A DNA stretch of 28,449 nucleotides from Xanthobacteraceae bacterium. GTDB taxonomy: Bacteria > Pseudomonadota > Alphaproteobacteria > Rhizobiales > Xanthobacteraceae. Shown here piece by piece: positions 27,500-28,449 of this stretch. The notes beneath the pieces are model-generated. The model had not been told where the DNA came from. It did not search any database and saw nothing but the letters and a program-made list of their open reading frames with translations. The stretch's first letter is position 1, and each line of letters opens with the position of its first letter. The translations under genes were made by a program, and so were the position numbers. The stretch is taken from assembly GCA_028290465.1 (NCBI GenBank), contig JAQGJU010000100.1:1-28449 (forward strand), read 5' to 3'.

Positions 27500-28449
27500 T
27501 CATGTGTCCAACACCCACGTGTCCTTGGTGCCGCCGCCCTGGCTGGAATTGACCACCAGCGAGCCTTTCTTCAGCGCCACGCGGGTGAGGCCGCCGGGCA
27601 CGATCCTGACTTTGTCGCGGCCGGTGAGCACGAACGGCCGCAGATCGACATGGCGCGGCGCGACGCCTTCGTCGACACAGGTCGGACAGGTCGACAGCGC
27701 CAGCGTCGGCTGGGCGATGAAGTTCTTCGGATCGGATTTCAGCTTGGCCCGGAACGCGGCGATGGTGGCCTTGTCGGCCTTCGGGCCGATCAGCATGCCG
27801 TAGCCGCCGGAGCCGTGCACTTCCTTGACGACCAGTTCTTCGAGATGATCGAGCACGTACGAAAGATGCTCGGGCTCGCGGCAGCGCCAGGTCGGCACGT
27901 TCTTCAGAATCGGCTCCTCGCCGAGATAGAATTTCACGATCTGCGGCATGTAGCTGTAGACGGCCTTGTCGTCCGCGATGCCGGTGCCGACCGCGTTGGC
28001 GAGCGTCACGTTGCCGGCCTGATAGGCCGACATGATGCCGGGCACGCCCAGAATAGAATCCGGCCGGAACGCCAGCGGATCGAGGAAGTCGTCATCGACG
28101 CGGCGATAGATCACGTCGACGCGCGACGGCCCCTGCGTGGTCCGCATGTAGACCACGTCGTCCTTGACGAACAGGTCGCGGCCCTCGACCAGTTCGATGC
28201 CGAGCTTGTCGGCCAGGAACGAGTGCTCGTAATAGGCCGAGTTGTGAACTCCCGGGGTCAGCAGCACGACGATCGGCTCGGCGCTGGCGGTCGTCGGCGC
28301 CACCGATTTCAACGTCGCCAGCAGGTCGTCGGTATAATTCTCCACCGGCGCGACCCGGTGGCGGGCAAACAGTTCCGGAAACAGCCGCAGCATGATCTCC
28401 CGGTTCTCCAGCATGTAGGAGACGCCGGAGGGCGTGCGGGCATTGTCCT
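27500..28449 (-). CDS. Circularly permuted ATP-grasp type 2 (DUF404/DUF407) protein, C-terminal ~315 aa (N-terminus beyond window)
   Basis: The minus-strand frame reads open to the window edge. The C-terminal region (...[42 protein letters not shown]...[11 protein letters not shown]) matches CP_ATPgrasp_2. It sits 46 bp upstream of Alpha-E on the same strand. Confidence 0.8.
   Translation of the reverse strand, partial: DNARTPSGVSYMLENREIMLRLFPELFARHRVAPVENYTDDLLATLKSVAPTTASAEPIVVLLTPGVHNSAYYEHSFLADKLGIELVEGRDLFVKDDVVYMRTTQGPSRVDVIYRRVDDDFLDPLAFRPDSILGVPGIMSAYQAGNVTLANAVGTGIADDKAVYSYMPQIVKFYLGEEPILKNVPTWRCREPEHLSYVLDHLEELVVKEVHGSGGYGMLIGPKADKATIAAFRAKLKSDPKNFIAQPTLALSTCPTCVDEGVAPRHVDLRPFVLTGRDKVRIVPGGLTRVALKKGSLVVNSSQGGGTKDTWVLDT

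Noticed and set aside
23232-27552. Other long antisense ORFs: 23232..24509 minus (425 aa), 26386..27552 plus (388 aa) and 26417..27133 minus
   Set aside because: They overlap genes supported by signal peptides or family-specific N-termini (Alpha-E MLSRTADNLYWLARYVERAE; TGase MRIRISHETVYNYD). I treated them as GC shadows.

Overview
This is a roughly 65% GC chromosomal segment whose gene content, codon usage and three families of nested-palindrome REP/BIME-like intergenic repeats point to Bradyrhizobiaceae (Bradyrhizobium, Rhodopseudomonas or Nitrobacter); that placement is inference. ORF coordinates come from the supplied track, with starts refined from RBS context. Non-ORF coordinates were indexed by hand and may be off by 1-2 nt. 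Every long ORF not listed below lies antisense to, or frame-shifted within, a homology-supported gene and was treated as GC shadow. I found no integrase, transposase or CRISPR array.

Gene content in order:
- a TetR regulator (3' end only), HlyD-type lipoprotein, ABC ATPase and ABC-2 permease forming an efflux-type operon with overlapping start/stop codons;
- a convergent AraC(cupin) regulator, an MFS transporter and a DUF4142 periplasmic protein;
- a DUF488-DUF72 pair of conserved unknowns;
- an acidic low-complexity protein with three EF-hand loops, then a tRNA-Thr(UGU)-like gene with a defective acceptor stem, then an SPFH/band-7 protein that lacks an N-terminal TM helix;
- a groES-groEL operon (minus strand) with a degenerate CIRCE upstream and a REP element inside the groES-groEL spacer;
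- a Usg-family gene, an orphan Bug/TctC binding protein, a NupC/CNT nucleoside transporter and a fused TMD-NBD ABC half-transporter of the BacA/BclA/ABCD-related group;
- an SDR oxidoreductase and a membrane-anchored GGDEF-EAL sensor protein;
- at the 3' end, the poorly understood Anbu (proteasome-ancestor peptidase) system: CP-ATP-grasp, Alpha-E and transglutaminase-like genes. Its Anbu peptidase gene lies 2.7 kb away, separated by two opposite-strand genes for secreted proteins.

Most worth a second look: the split Anbu/amidoligase cluster and its GGGGCAGTTAT-repeat promoter; the aberrant tRNA-Thr; and the roughly 55-nt direct repeats that bracket a 3.7 kb segment holding the tRNA, SPFH, EF-hand and DUF72 genes.
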